Assembly: GCA_964276515.1 (NCBI GenBank) | Contig: OZ193909.1 | Coordinates: forward strand, 9,052,001 to 9,116,000 | DNA length: 64,000 bases | Direction of reading: 5' to 3' | Source: Gordius albopunctatus | Lineage: Eukaryota | Shown here: one piece after another, positions 50,801-64,000 of the stretch | Layout: each line of letters starts with the position of its first letter | Numbering within the stretch: the stretch's first letter is position 1 | The notes under the pieces: model-generated | Databases searched by the model: none | The model's input: only the letters and a program-made list of their open reading frames with translations | What the model was told of the DNA's origin: nothing | Made by a program: the position numbers and the translations under genes

Positions 50801-53800
50801 TTTATCACAATTAGATAACTATTAATTTGAAATAATCATCGCATATAGCATGTTTCAAAAATTCAGCACTCTAGTCGCGATGAAACAAACTAATCGCAAC
50901 AATATAACGTTGTCTTTCCTCAAAATGATAGTTCTCGCAGCTTAAAACTTCTTATAAGGAGTCGATCGAGATTAATCAGAATCTCAAATTAGCTTACTTT
51001 TATATATTTTTTCAAGCTCTTTTACATAAAATAAAAAAAAATATATTTTTTTAGCTCAAAATATTTAAAATTATTTCCATTAACACATATTCATCCGATG
51101 AAAGTTGTTATTTTCAGACGTGATTTCCATGATAAGAAGTAAAAATTTATCACAATTAGATAACTACTACTTTGAAATAATCATCGCATATAGCATGTTT
51201 CAAAAATTCAGCACTCTAGTCGCGATGAAACAAACTAATCGCAACAATATAACATTGTCTTTATTCAAAATGATAGTTCTCGCAGCTTAAAACTTCTTAT
51301 AAGGAGTCGATCGAGATTAATCAGAATCTCAAATTAGCTTACTTTTATATATTTTTTCAAGCTCTTTTACATAAAATAACAAAAAATATATTTTTTTAGC
51401 TCAAAATATTTAAAATTATTTCCATTAACACATATTCATCCGATAAAAGTTGTTATTTTCAGACGTGATTTCCATGATAAGAAGTAAAAATTTATCACAA
51501 TTAGATAACTATTACTTTGAAATAATCATCGCATATAGCATGTTTCAAAAATTCAGCACTCTAGTCGCGATGAAACAAACTAATCGCAACAATATAACAT
51601 TGTCTTTCCTCAAAATGATAGTTCTCGCAGCTTAAAACTTCTTATAAGGAGTCGATCGAGATTAATCAGAATCTCAAATTAGCTTACTTTTATATATTTT
51701 TTCAAGCTCTTTTACATAAAATAACAAAAAATATATTTTTTTAGCTCAAAATATTTAAAATTATTTCCATTAACACATATTCATCCGATGAAAGTTGTTA
51801 TTTTCAGACGTGATTTCCATGATAAGAAGTAAAAATTTATCACAATTAGATAACTACTACTTTGAAATAATCATCGCATATATCATGTTTCAATAATTCA
51901 GCACTCTCGTCGCGATGAAAGAAACTAATCGCAACAATATAACATTGTCTTTCCTCAAAATGATAGTTCTCGCAGCTTAAAACTTCTTATAAGGAGTCGA
52001 TCGAGATTAATAGGAATCTCAAATTAGCTTACTTTTATATATTTTTCCAAGCTCTTTTACATAAAATAACAAAAAATATATTTTTTTAGCTCAAAATATT
52101 TAAAATTATTTCCATTAAACCATATTCATCCGAAGAAAGTTGTTATTTTCAGACGTGATTTTCATGATAAGAAGTAAAAATTTATCACAATTAGATAACT
52201 ACTACTTTGAAATAATCATCGCATATAGCATGTTTCAAAAATTCAGCACTCTAGTCGCGATGAAACAAACTAATCGCAACAATATAACGTTGTCTTTCCT
52301 CAAAATGATAGTTTTCGCAGCTTAAAACTTCTTATAAGGAGTCGATCGAGATTAATCAGAATCTCAAATTAGCTTACTTTTACATATTTTTTCAAGCTCT
52401 TTTACATAAAATAACAAAAAATATATTTTTTAGCTCAAAATATTTAAAAATTTTTCCATTAACACATATTCATCAGATGAAAGTTGTTATTTTCAGACGT
52501 GATTTCCATGATAAGAAGTAAAAATTTATCACAATTAGATAACTACTACTTTAAAATAATCATCGCATATAGCATGTTTCAAAAATTCAGCACTCTAGTC
52601 GCGATGAAACAAACTAATCGCAACAATATAACATTGTCTTTCCTCAAAATGATAGTTCTCGCAGCTTAAAACTTATTATAAGGAGTCGATCGAGATTAAT
52701 CAGAATCTCAAATTAGCTTACTTTTATATATTTTTTCAAGCTCTTTTACATAAAATAACAAAAAATATATTTTTTAGCTCAAAATATTTATAATTATTTC
52801 CATTAACACATATTCATCCGATGAAAGTTGTAAATTTTCAGACGTCTATTCCATGATAAGAAGTAAAAATTTATCACAATTAGATAACTATTAATTTGAA
52901 ATAATCATCGCATATAGCATGTTTCAAAAATTCAGCACTCTCGTCGCGATGAAACAAACTAATCGCAACAATATAACGTTGTCTTTCCTCAAAATGATAG
53001 TTCTCGCAGCTTAAAACTTCTTATAAGGAGTCGATAGAGATTAATAGGAATCTTAAATTAGCATACTTTTATATATTTTTTCAAGCTCTTTTACATAAAA
53101 TAACAAAAAATATATTTTTTTAGCTCAAAGTATTTAAAATTATTTCCATTAAACCATATTCATCAGATGAAAGTTGTTATTTTCAGACGTGTATTCCATG
53201 ATAAGAAGTAAAAATTTATCACAATTAGATAACTATTACTTTGAAATAATCATCGCATATATCATGTTTTAAAAATTCAGCACTCTCGTCGCGATGAAAG
53301 AAACTAATCGCAACAATATAACGTTGTCTTTCCTCAAAATGATAGTTCTCGCAGCTTAAAACTTCTTATAAGGAGTCGATCGAGATTAATCAGAATCTCA
53401 AATTAGCTTACTTTTACATATTTTTTCAAGCTCTTTTACATAAAATAACAAAAAATATATTTTTTAGCTCAAAATATTTAAAAATTTTTCCATTAACACA
53501 TATTCATCAGATGAAAGTTGTTATTTTCAGACGTGATTTCCATGATAAGAAGTAAAAATTTATCACAATTAGATAACTACTACTTTAAAATAATCATCGC
53601 ATATAGCATGTTTCAAAAATTCAGCACTCTAGTCGCGATGAAACAAACTAATCGCAACAATATAACATTGTCTTTATTCAAAATGATAGTTCTCGCAGCT
53701 TAAAACTTCTTATAAGGAGTCGATCGAGATTAATCAGAATCTCAAATTAGCTTACTTTTATATATTTTTTCAAGCTCTTTTACATAAAATAACAAAAAAT

Positions 53801-56800
53801 ATATTTTTTAGCTCAAAGTATTTAAAATTATTTCCATTAAACCATATTCATCCGATGAAAGTTGTTATTTTCAGACGTGATTTCCATGATAAGAAGTAAA
53901 AATTTATCACAATTAGATAACTATTAATTTGAAATAATCATCGCATATAGCATGTTTCAAAAATTCAGCACTCTAGTCGCGATGAAACAAACTAATCGCA
54001 ACAATATAACGTTGTCTTTCCTCAAAATGATAGTTTTCGCAGCTTAAAACTTCTTATAAGGAGTCGATCGAGATTAATCAGAATCTCAAATTAGCTTACT
54101 TTTACATATTTTTTCAAGCTCTTTTACATAAAATAACAAAAAATATATTTTTTAGCTCAAAATATTTAAAAATTTTTCCATTAACACATATTCATCAGAT
54201 GAAAGTTGTTATTTTCAGACGTGATTTCCATGATAAGAAGTAAAAATTTATCACAATTAGATAACTACTACTTTAAAATAATCATCGCATATAGCATGTT
54301 TCAAAAATTCAGCACTCTAGTCGCGATGAAACAAACTAATCGCAACAATATAACATTGTCTTTCCTCAAAATGATAGTTCTCGCAGCTTAAAACTTATTA
54401 TAAGGAGTCGATCGAGATTAATCAGAATCTCAAATTAGCTTACTTTTATATATTTTTTCAAGCTCTTTTACATAAAATAACAAAAAATATATTTTTTAGC
54501 TCAAAATATTTATAATTATTTCCATTAACACATATTCATCCGATGAAAGTTGTAAATTTTCAGACGTCTATTCCATGATAAGAAGTAAAAATTTATCACA
54601 ATTAGATAACTATTAATTTGAAATAATCATCGCATATAGCATGTTTCAAAAATTCAGCACTCTCGTCGCGATGAAACAAACTAATCGCAACAATATAACG
54701 TTGTCTTTCCTCAAAATGATAGTTCTCGCAGCTTAAAACTTCTTATAAGGAGTCGATAGAGATTAATAGGAATCTTAAATTAGCATACTTTTATATATTT
54801 TTTCAAGCTCTTTTACATAAAATAACAAAAAATATATTTTTTTAGCTCAAAGTATTTAAAATTATTTCCATTAAACCATATTCATCAGATGAAAGTTGTT
54901 ATTTTCAGACGTGTATTCCATGATAAGAAGTAAAAATTTATCACAATTAGATAACTATTACTTTGAAATAATCATCGCATATATCATGTTTTAAAAATTC
55001 AGCACTCTCGTCGCGATGAAAGAAACTAATCGCAACAATATAACGTTGTCTTTCCTCAAAATGATAGTTCTCGCAGCTTAAAACTTCTTATAAGGAGTCG
55101 ATCGAGATTAATCAGAATCTCAAATTAGCTTACTTTTATATATTTTTTCAACCTCTTTTACATAAAATAACAAAAAATATATTTTTTTAGCTCAAAATAT
55201 TTAAAATTATTTCCATTAACACATATTCATCCGATGAAAGTTGTTATTTTCAGACGTGATTTCCATGATAAGAAGTAAAAATTTATCACAATTAGATAAC
55301 TACTACTTTGAAATAATCATCGCATATATCATGTTTCAATAATTCAGCACTCTAGTCGCGATGAAACAAACTAATCGCAACAATATAACATTGTCTTTAT
55401 TCAAAATGATAGTTCTCGCAGCTTAAAACTTCTTATAAGGAGTCGATCGAGATTAATCAGAATCTCAAATTAGCTTACTTTTACATATTTTTTCAAGCTC
55501 TTTTACATAAAATAACAAAAAATATATTTTTTAGCTCAAAATATTTAAAAATTTTTCCATTAACACATATTCATCAGATGAAAGTTGTTATTTTCAGACG
55601 TGTATTCCATGATAAGAAGTAAAAATTTATCACAATTAGATAACTACTACTTTGAAATAATCATCGCATATAGTATGTTTCAAAAATTCAGCACTCTAGT
55701 CGCGATGAAACAAACTAATCGCAACAATATAACATTGTCTTTATTCAAAATGATAGTTCTCGCAGCTTAAAACTTCTTATAAGGAGTCGATCGAGATTAA
55801 TCAGAATCTCAAATTAGCTTACTTTTATATATTTTTTCAAGCTCTTTTACATAAAATAACAAAAAATATATTTTTTAGCTCAAAGTATTTAAAATTATTT
55901 CCATTAAACCATATTCATCCGATGAAAGTTGTTATTTTCAGACGTGATTTCCATGATAAGAAGTAAAAATTTATCACAATTAGATAACTATTAATTTGAA
56001 ATAATCATCGCATATAGCATGTTTCAAAAATTCAGCACTCTAGTCGCGATGAAACAAACTAATCGCAACAATATAACGTTGTCTTTCCTCAAAATGATAG
56101 TTCTCGCAGCTTAAAACTTCTTATAAGGAGTCGATCGAGATTAATCAGAATCTCAAATTAGCTTACTTTTACATATTTTTTCAAGCTCTTTTACATAAAA
56201 TAACAAAAAATATATTTTTTAGCTCAAAATATTTAAAAATTTTTCCATTAACACATATTCATCAGATGAAAGTTGTTATTTTCAGACGTGATTTCCATGA
56301 TAAGAAGTAAAAATTTATCACAATTAGATAACTACTACTTTAAAATAATCATCGCATATAGCATGTTTCAAAAATTCAGCACTCTAGTCGCGATGAAACA
56401 AACTAATCGCAACAATATAACATTGTCTTTCCTCAAAATGATAGTTCTCGCAGCTTAAAACTTATTATAAGGAGTCGATCGAGATTAATCAGAATCTCAA
56501 ATTAGCTTACTTTTATATATTTTTTCAAGCTCTTTTACATAAAATAACAAAAAATATATTTTTTAGCTCAAAATATTTAAAAATTTTTCCATTAACACAT
56601 ATTCATCAGATGAAAGTTGTTATTTTCAGACGTGATTTCCATGATAAGAAGTAAAAATTTATCACAATTAGATAACTACTACTTTAAAATAATCATCGCA
56701 TATAGCATGTTTCAAAAATTCAGCACTCTAGTCGCGATGAAACAAACTAATCGCAACAATATAACATTGTCTTTATTCAAAATGATAGTTCTCGCAGCTT

Positions 56801-59800
56801 AAAACTTCTTATAAGGAGTCGATCGAGATTAATCAGAATCTCAAATTAGCTTACTTTTATATATTTTTTCAAGCTCTTTTACATAAAATAACAAAAAATA
56901 TATTTTTTAGCTCAAAGTATTTAAAATTATTTCCATTAAACCATATTCATCCGATGAAAGTTGTTATTTTCAGACGTGATTTCCATGATAAGAAGTAAAA
57001 ATTTATCACAATTAGATAACTATTAATTTGAAATAATCATCGCATATAGCATGTTTCAAAAATTCAGCACTCTAGTCGCGATGAAACAAACTAATCGCAA
57101 CAATATAACGTTGTCTTTCCTCAAAATGATAGTTCTCGCAGCTTAAAACTTCTTATAAGGAGTCGATCGAGATTAATCAGAATCTCAAATTAGCTTACTT
57201 TTACATATTTTTTCAAGCTCTTTTACATAAAATAACAAAAAATATATTTTTTAGCTCAAAATATTTAAAAATTTTTCCATTAACACATATTCATCAGATG
57301 AAAGTTGTTATTTTCAGACGTGATTTCCATGATAAGAAGTAAAAATTTATCACAATTAGATAACTACTACTTTAAAATAATCATCGCATATAGCATGTTT
57401 CAAAAATTCAGCACTCTAGTCGCGATGAAACAAACTAATCGCAACAATATAACATTGTCTTTCCTCAAAATGATAGTTCTCGCAGCTTAAAACTTATTAT
57501 AAGGAGTCGATCGAGATTAATCAGAATCTCAAATTAGCTTACTTTTATATATTTTTTCAAGCTCTTTTACATAAAATAACAAAAAATATATTTTTTAGCT
57601 CAAAATATTTATAATTATTTCCATTAACACATATTCATCCGATGAAAGTTGTAAATTTTCAGACGTCTATTCCATGATAAGAAGTAAAAATTTATCACAA
57701 TTAGATAACTATTAATTTGAAATAATCATCGCATATAGCATGTTTCAAAAATTCAGCACTCTCGTCGCGATGAAACAAACTAATCGCAACAATATAACGT
57801 TGTCTTTCCTCAAAATGATAGTTCTCGCAGCTTAAAACTTCTTATAAGGAGTCGATAGAGATTAATAGGAATCTTAAATTAGCATACTTTTATATATTTT
57901 TTCAAGCTCTTTTACATAAAATAACAAAAAATATATTTTTTTAGCTCAAAGTATTTAAAATTATTTCCATTAAACCATATTCATCAGATGAAAGTTGTTA
58001 TTTTCAGACGTGTATTCCATGATAAGAAGTAAAAATTTATCACAATTAGATAACTATTACTTTGAAATAATCATCGCATATATCATGTTTTAAAAATTCA
58101 GCACTCTCGTCGCGATGAAAGAAACTAATCGCAACAATATAACGTTGTCTTTCCTCAAAATGATAGTTCTCGCAGCTTAAAACTTCTTATAAGGAGTCGA
58201 TCGAGATTAATCAGAATCTCAAATTAGCTTACTTTTATATATTTTTTCAAGCTCTTTTACATAAAATAACAAAAAATATATTTTTCGCTCAAAGTATTTA
58301 AAATTATTTCCATTAAACCATATTCATCCGATGAAAGTTGTTATTTTCAGACGTGATTTCCATGATAAGAAGTAAAAATTTATCACAATTAGATAACTAC
58401 TACTTTGAAATAATCATCGCATATAGCATGTTTCAAAAATTCAGCACTCTAGTCGCGATGAAACAAACTAATCGCAACAATATAACATTGTCTTTATTCA
58501 AAATGATAGTTCTCGCAGCTTAAAACTTCTTATAAGGAGTCGATCGAGATTAATCAGAATCTCAAATTAGCTTACTTTTATATATTTTTTCAAGCTCTTT
58601 TACATAAAATAACAAAAAATATATTTTTTAGCTCAAAGTATTTAAAATTATTTCCATTAAACCATATTCATCCGATGAAAGTTGTTATTTTCAGACGTGA
58701 TTTCCATGATAAGAAGTAAAAATTTATCACAATTAGATAACTATTAATTTGAAATAATCATCGCATATAGCATGTTTCAAAAATTCAGCACTCTAGTCGC
58801 GATGAAACAAACTAATCGCAACAATATAACGTTGTCTTTCCTCAAAATGATAGTTCTCGCAGCTTAAAACTTCTTATAAGGAGTCGATCGAGATTAATCA
58901 GAATCTCAAATTAGCTTACTTTTATATATTTTTTCAAGCTCTTTTACATAAAATAAAAAAAAATATATTTTTTTAGCTCAAAATATTTAAAATTATTTCC
59001 ATTAACACATATTCATCCGATGAAAGTTGTTATTTTCAGACGTGATTTCCATGATAAGAAGTAAAAATTTATCACAATTAGATAACTACTACTTTGAAAT
59101 AATCATCGCATATAGCATGTTTCAAAAATTCAGCACTCTAGTCGCGATGAAACAAACTAATCGCAACAATATAACATTGTCTTTATTCAAAATGATAGTT
59201 CTCGCAGCTTAAAACTTCTTATAAGGAGTCGATCGAGATTAATCAGAATCTCAAATTAGCTTACTTTTATATATTTTTTCAAGCTCTTTTACATAAAATA
59301 ACAAAAAATATATTTTTTTAGCTCAAAATATTTAAAATTATTTCCATTAACACATATTCATCCGATGAAAGTTGTTATTTTCAGACGTGATTTCCATGAT
59401 AAGAAGTAAAAATTTATCACAATTAGATAACTATTACTTTGAAATAATCATCGCATATAGCATGTTTCAAAAATTCAGCACTCTAGTCGCGATGAAACAA
59501 ACTAATCGCAACAATATAACATTGTCTTTCCTCAAAATGATAGTTCTCGCAGCTTAAAACTTCTTATAAGGAGTCGATCGAGATTAATCAGAATCTCAAA
59601 TTAGCTTACTTTTATATATTTTTTCAAGCTCTTTTACATAAAATAACAAAAAATATATTTTTTAGCTCAAAGTATTTAAAATTATTTCCATTAAACCATA
59701 TTCATCCGATGAAAGTTGTTATTTTCAGACGTGATTTCCATGATAAGAAGTAAAAATTTATCACAATTAGATAACTACTACTTTGAAATAATCATCGCAT

Positions 59801-62800
59801 ATAGCATGTTTCAAAAATTCAGCACTCTAGTCGCGATGAAACAAACTAATCGCAACAATATAACGTTGTCTTTCCTCAAAATGATAGTTCTCGCAGCTTA
59901 AAACTTCTTATAAGGAGTCGATCGAGATTAATCAGAATCTCAAATTAGCTTACTTTTATATATTTTTTCAAGCTCTTTTACATAAAATAACAAAAAATAT
60001 ATTTTTTAGCTCAAAGTATTTAAAATTATTTCCATTAAACCATATTCATCCGATGAAAGTTGTTATTTTCAGACGTGATTTCCATGATAAGAAGTAAAAA
60101 TTTATCACAATTAGATAACTATTAATTTGAAATAATCATCGCATATAGCATGTTTCAAAAATTCAGCACTCTAGTCGCGATGAAACAAACTAATCGCAAC
60201 AATATAACGTTGTCTTTCCTCAAAATGATAGTTCTCGCAGCTTAAAACTTCTTATAAGGAGTCGATCGAGATTAATCAGAATCTCAAATTAGCTTACTTT
60301 TATATATTTTTTCAAGCTCTTTTACATAAAATAAAAAAAAATATGTTTTTTTAGCTCAAAATATTTAAAATTATTTCCATTAACACATATTCATCCGATG
60401 AAAGTTGTTATTTTCAGACGTGATTTCCATGATAAGAAGTAAAAATTTATCACAATTAGATAACTACTACTTTGAAATAATCATCGCATATAGCATGTTT
60501 CAAAAATTCAGCACTCTAGTCGCGATGAAACAAACTAATCGCAACAATATAACGTTGTCTTTCCTCAAAATGATAGTTCTCGCAGCTTAAAACTTCTTAT
60601 AAGGAGTCGATCGAGATTAATCAGAATCTCAAATTAGCTTACTTTTATATATTTTTTCAAGCTCTTTTACATAAAATAACAAAAAATATATTTTTTAGCT
60701 CAAAGTATTTAAAATTATTTCCATTAAACCATATTCATCCGATGAAAGTTGTTATTTTCAGACGTGATTTCCATGATAAGAAGTAAAAATTTATCACAAT
60801 TAGATAACTATTAATTTGAAATAATCATCGCATATAGCATGTTTCAAAAATTCAGCACTCTAGTCGCGATGAAACAAACTAATCGCAACAATATAACGTT
60901 GTCTTTCCTCAAAATGATAGTTCTCGCAGCTTAAAACTTCTTATAAGGAGTCGATCGAGATTAATCAGAATCTCAAATTAGCTTACTTTTATATATTTTT
61001 TCAAGCTCTTTTACATAAAATAAAAAAAAATATATTTTTTTAGCTCAAAATATTTAAAATTATTTCCATTAACACATATTCATCCGATGAAAGTTGTTAT
61101 TTTCAGACGTGATTTCCATGATAAGAAGTAAAAATTTATCACAATTAGATAACTACTACTTTGAAATAATCATCGCATATAGCATGTTTCAAAAATTCAG
61201 CACTCTAGTCGCGATGAAACAAACTAATCGCAACAATATAACATTGTCTTTATTCAAAATGATAGTTCTCGCAGCTTAAAACTTCTTATAAGGAGTCGAT
61301 CGAGATTAATCAGAATCTCAAATTAGCTTACTTTTATATATTTTTTCAAGCTCTTTTACATAAAATAACAAAAAATATATTTTTTTAGCTCAAAATATTT
61401 AAAATTATTTCCATTAACACATATTCATCCGATAAAAGTTGTTATTTTCAGACGTGATTTCCATGATAAGAAGTAAAAATTTATCACAATTAGATAACTA
61501 TTACTTTGAAATAATCATCGCATATAGCATGTTTCAAAAATTCAGCACTCTAGTCGCGATGAAACAAACTAATCGCAACAATATAACATTGTCTTTCCTC
61601 AAAATGATAGTTCTCGCAGCTTAAAACTTCTTATAAGGAGTCGATCGAGATTAATCAGAATCTCAAATTAGCTTACTTTTATATATTTTTTCAAGCTCTT
61701 TTACATAAAATAACAAAAAATATATTTTTTTAGCTCAAAATATTTAAAATTATTTCCATTAACACATATTCATCCGATGAAAGTTGTTATTTTCAGACGT
61801 GATTTCCATGATAAGAAGTAAAAATTTATCACAATTAGATAACTACTACTTTGAAATAATCATCGCATATATCATGTTTCAATAATTCAGCACTCTCGTC
61901 GCGATGAAAGAAACTAATCGCAACAATATAACATTGTCTTTCCTCAAAATGATAGTTCTCGCAGCTTAAAACTTCTTATAAGGAGTCGATCGAGATTAAT
62001 AGGAATCTCAAATTAGCTTACTTTTATATATTTTTCCAAGCTCTTTTACATAAAATAACAAAAAATATATTTTTTTAGCTCAAAATATTTAAAATTATTT
62101 CCATTAAACCATATTCATCCGAAGAAAGTTGTTATTTTCAGACGTGATTTTCATGATAAGAAGTAAAAATTTATCACAATTAGATAACTATTACTTTGAA
62201 ATCATCATCGCATATAGCATGTTTCAAAAATTCAGCACTCTCGTCGCGATGAAACAAACTAATCGCAACAATATAACGTTGTCTTTCCTCAAAATTATAG
62301 TTCCCGCAGCTTAAAACTTCTTATAAGGAGTCGATCGAGATTAATCAGAATCTCAAATTAGCTTACTTTTATATATTTTTTCAAGCTCTTTTACATAAAA
62401 TAACAAAAAATATATTTTTTTACCTCAAAATATTTAAAATTATTTCCATTAACACATATTCATCCGATGAAAGTTGTTATTTTCAGACGTGATTTCCATG
62501 ATAAGAAGTAAAAATTTATCACAATTAGATAACTACTACTTTGAAATAATCATCGCATATAGCATGTTTCAAAAATTCAGCACTCTAGTCGCGATGAAAC
62601 AAACTAATCGCAACAATATAACATTGTCTTTATTCAAAATGATAGTTCTCGCAGCTTAAAACTTCTTATAAGGAGTCGATCGAGATTAATCAGAATCTCA
62701 AATTAGCTTACTTTTATATATTTTTTCAAGCTCTTTTACATAAAATAACAAAAAATATATTTTTTAGCTCAAAGTATTTAAAATTATTTCCATTAAACCA

Positions 62801-64000
62801 TATTCATCCGATGAAAGTTGTTATTTTCAGACGTGATTTCCATGATAAGAAGTAAAAATTTATCACAATTAGATAACTACTACTTTGAAATAATCATCGC
62901 ATATAGCATGTTTCAAAAATTCAGCACTCTAGTCGCGATGAAACAAACTAATCGCAACAATATAACATTGTCTTTATTCAAAATGATAGTTCTCGCAGCT
63001 TAAAACTTCTTATAAGGAGTCGATCGAGATTAATCAGAATCTCAAATTAGCTTACTTTTATATATTTTTTCAAGCTCTTTTACATAAAATAACAAAAAAT
63101 ATATTTTTTAGCTCAAAGTATTTAAAATTATTTCCATTAAACCATATTCATCCGATGAAAGTTGTTATTTTCAGACGTGATTTCCATGATAAGAAGTAAA
63201 AATTTATCACAATTAGATAACTACTACTTTGAAATAATCATCGCATATAGCATGTTTCAAAAATTCAGCACTCTAGTCGCGATGAAACAAACTAATCGCA
63301 ACAATATAACGTTGTCTTTATTCAAAATGATAGTTCTCGCAGCTTAAAACTTCTTATAAGGAGTCGATCGAGATTAATCAGAATCTCAAATTAGCTTACT
63401 TTTATATATTTTTTCAAGCTCTTTTACATAAAATAACAAAAAATATATTTTTCGCTCAAAGTATTTAAAATTATTTCCATTAAACCATATTCATCCGATG
63501 AAAGTTGTTATTTTCAGACGTGATTTCCATGATAAGAAGTAAAAATTTATCACAATTAGATAACTACTACTTTGAAATAATCATCGCATATAGCATGTTT
63601 CAAAAATTCAGCACTCTAGTCGCGATGAAACAAACTAATCGCAACAATATAACATTGTCTTTATTCAAAATGATAGTTCTCGCAGCTTAAAACTTCTTAT
63701 AAGGAGTCGATCGAGATTAATCAGAATCTCAAATTAGCTTACTTTTATATATTTTTTCAAGCTCTTTTACATAAAATAACAAAAAATATATTTTTTAGCT
63801 CAAAGTATTTAAAATTATTTCCATTAAACCATATTCATCCGATGAAAGTTGTTATTTTCAGACGTGATTTCCATGATAAGAAGTAAAAATTTATCACAAT
63901 TAGATAACTATTAATTTGAAATAATCATCGCATATAGCATGTTTCAAAAATTCAGCACTCTAGTCGCGATGAAACAAACTAATCGCAACAATATAACGTT
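11714..64000 (+). repeat. Tandem satellite DNA, 343-345 bp monomer, ~152 head-to-tail copies, highly homogeneous, extends past window end (candidate centromeric/pericentromeric)
   Basis: The repeating 61-aa pseudo-ORF is spaced at multiples of 343-345 bp. Monomers differ by a few SNPs and T-run length. Single orientation, with no other insertion seen. Confidence 0.99.

Noticed and set aside
12536..63690. About 100 copies of a 61-aa ORF (MLFSDVISMIRSK...) as a tandem gene family
   Set aside because: It starts at TTG, has no recognisable domain, and is freely broken by stops and frameshifts in about a third of monomers. It is a chance ORF in satellite DNA.
11714..64000. CRISPR array or RT-associated repeat-spacer system
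   Set aside because: There are no unique spacers and no cas genes. Units are near-identical 344-bp monomers in a eukaryotic context.
11714..64000. 5S rRNA, tRNA, snRNA or histone gene array
   Set aside because: No recognisable sequence or Pol III A/B/C boxes in the monomer.

Overview
AT-rich eukaryotic (animal-like) DNA at the boundary between a gene region and a large satellite array. (1) 1-~1460: decayed, internally deleted RTE-clade LINE on the minus strand, with a twister-ribozyme-like motif at its 5' end. (2) 2148-6242 (+): eight phase-consistent exons of a spliced gene, largely missed by the ORF track, encoding a zona pellucida (ZP)-domain, cuticlin-like protein with a furin site. Four introns are only 35-42 nt, and the two long introns each hold a putative MITE. 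(3) From 7157 to the window end: a homogeneous 343-345 bp tandem satellite (~150 monomers) with diverged edge monomers and nested 2-, 5-, ~30/31- and ~61-monomer duplications. (4) Inserted in the edge of the satellite (7779-11713) is an apparently intact CRE-clade non-LTR retrotransposon: one 958-aa ORF (Zn finger, RT, CCHC, restriction-like endonuclease) and an A41 tail. It is flanked by an exact 150-bp target-site duplication, shown by SNPs private to the two copies. This roughly nucleosome-length TSD from an RLE retroelement in satellite DNA is the most notable observation. All calls come from manual reading; no searches were run.
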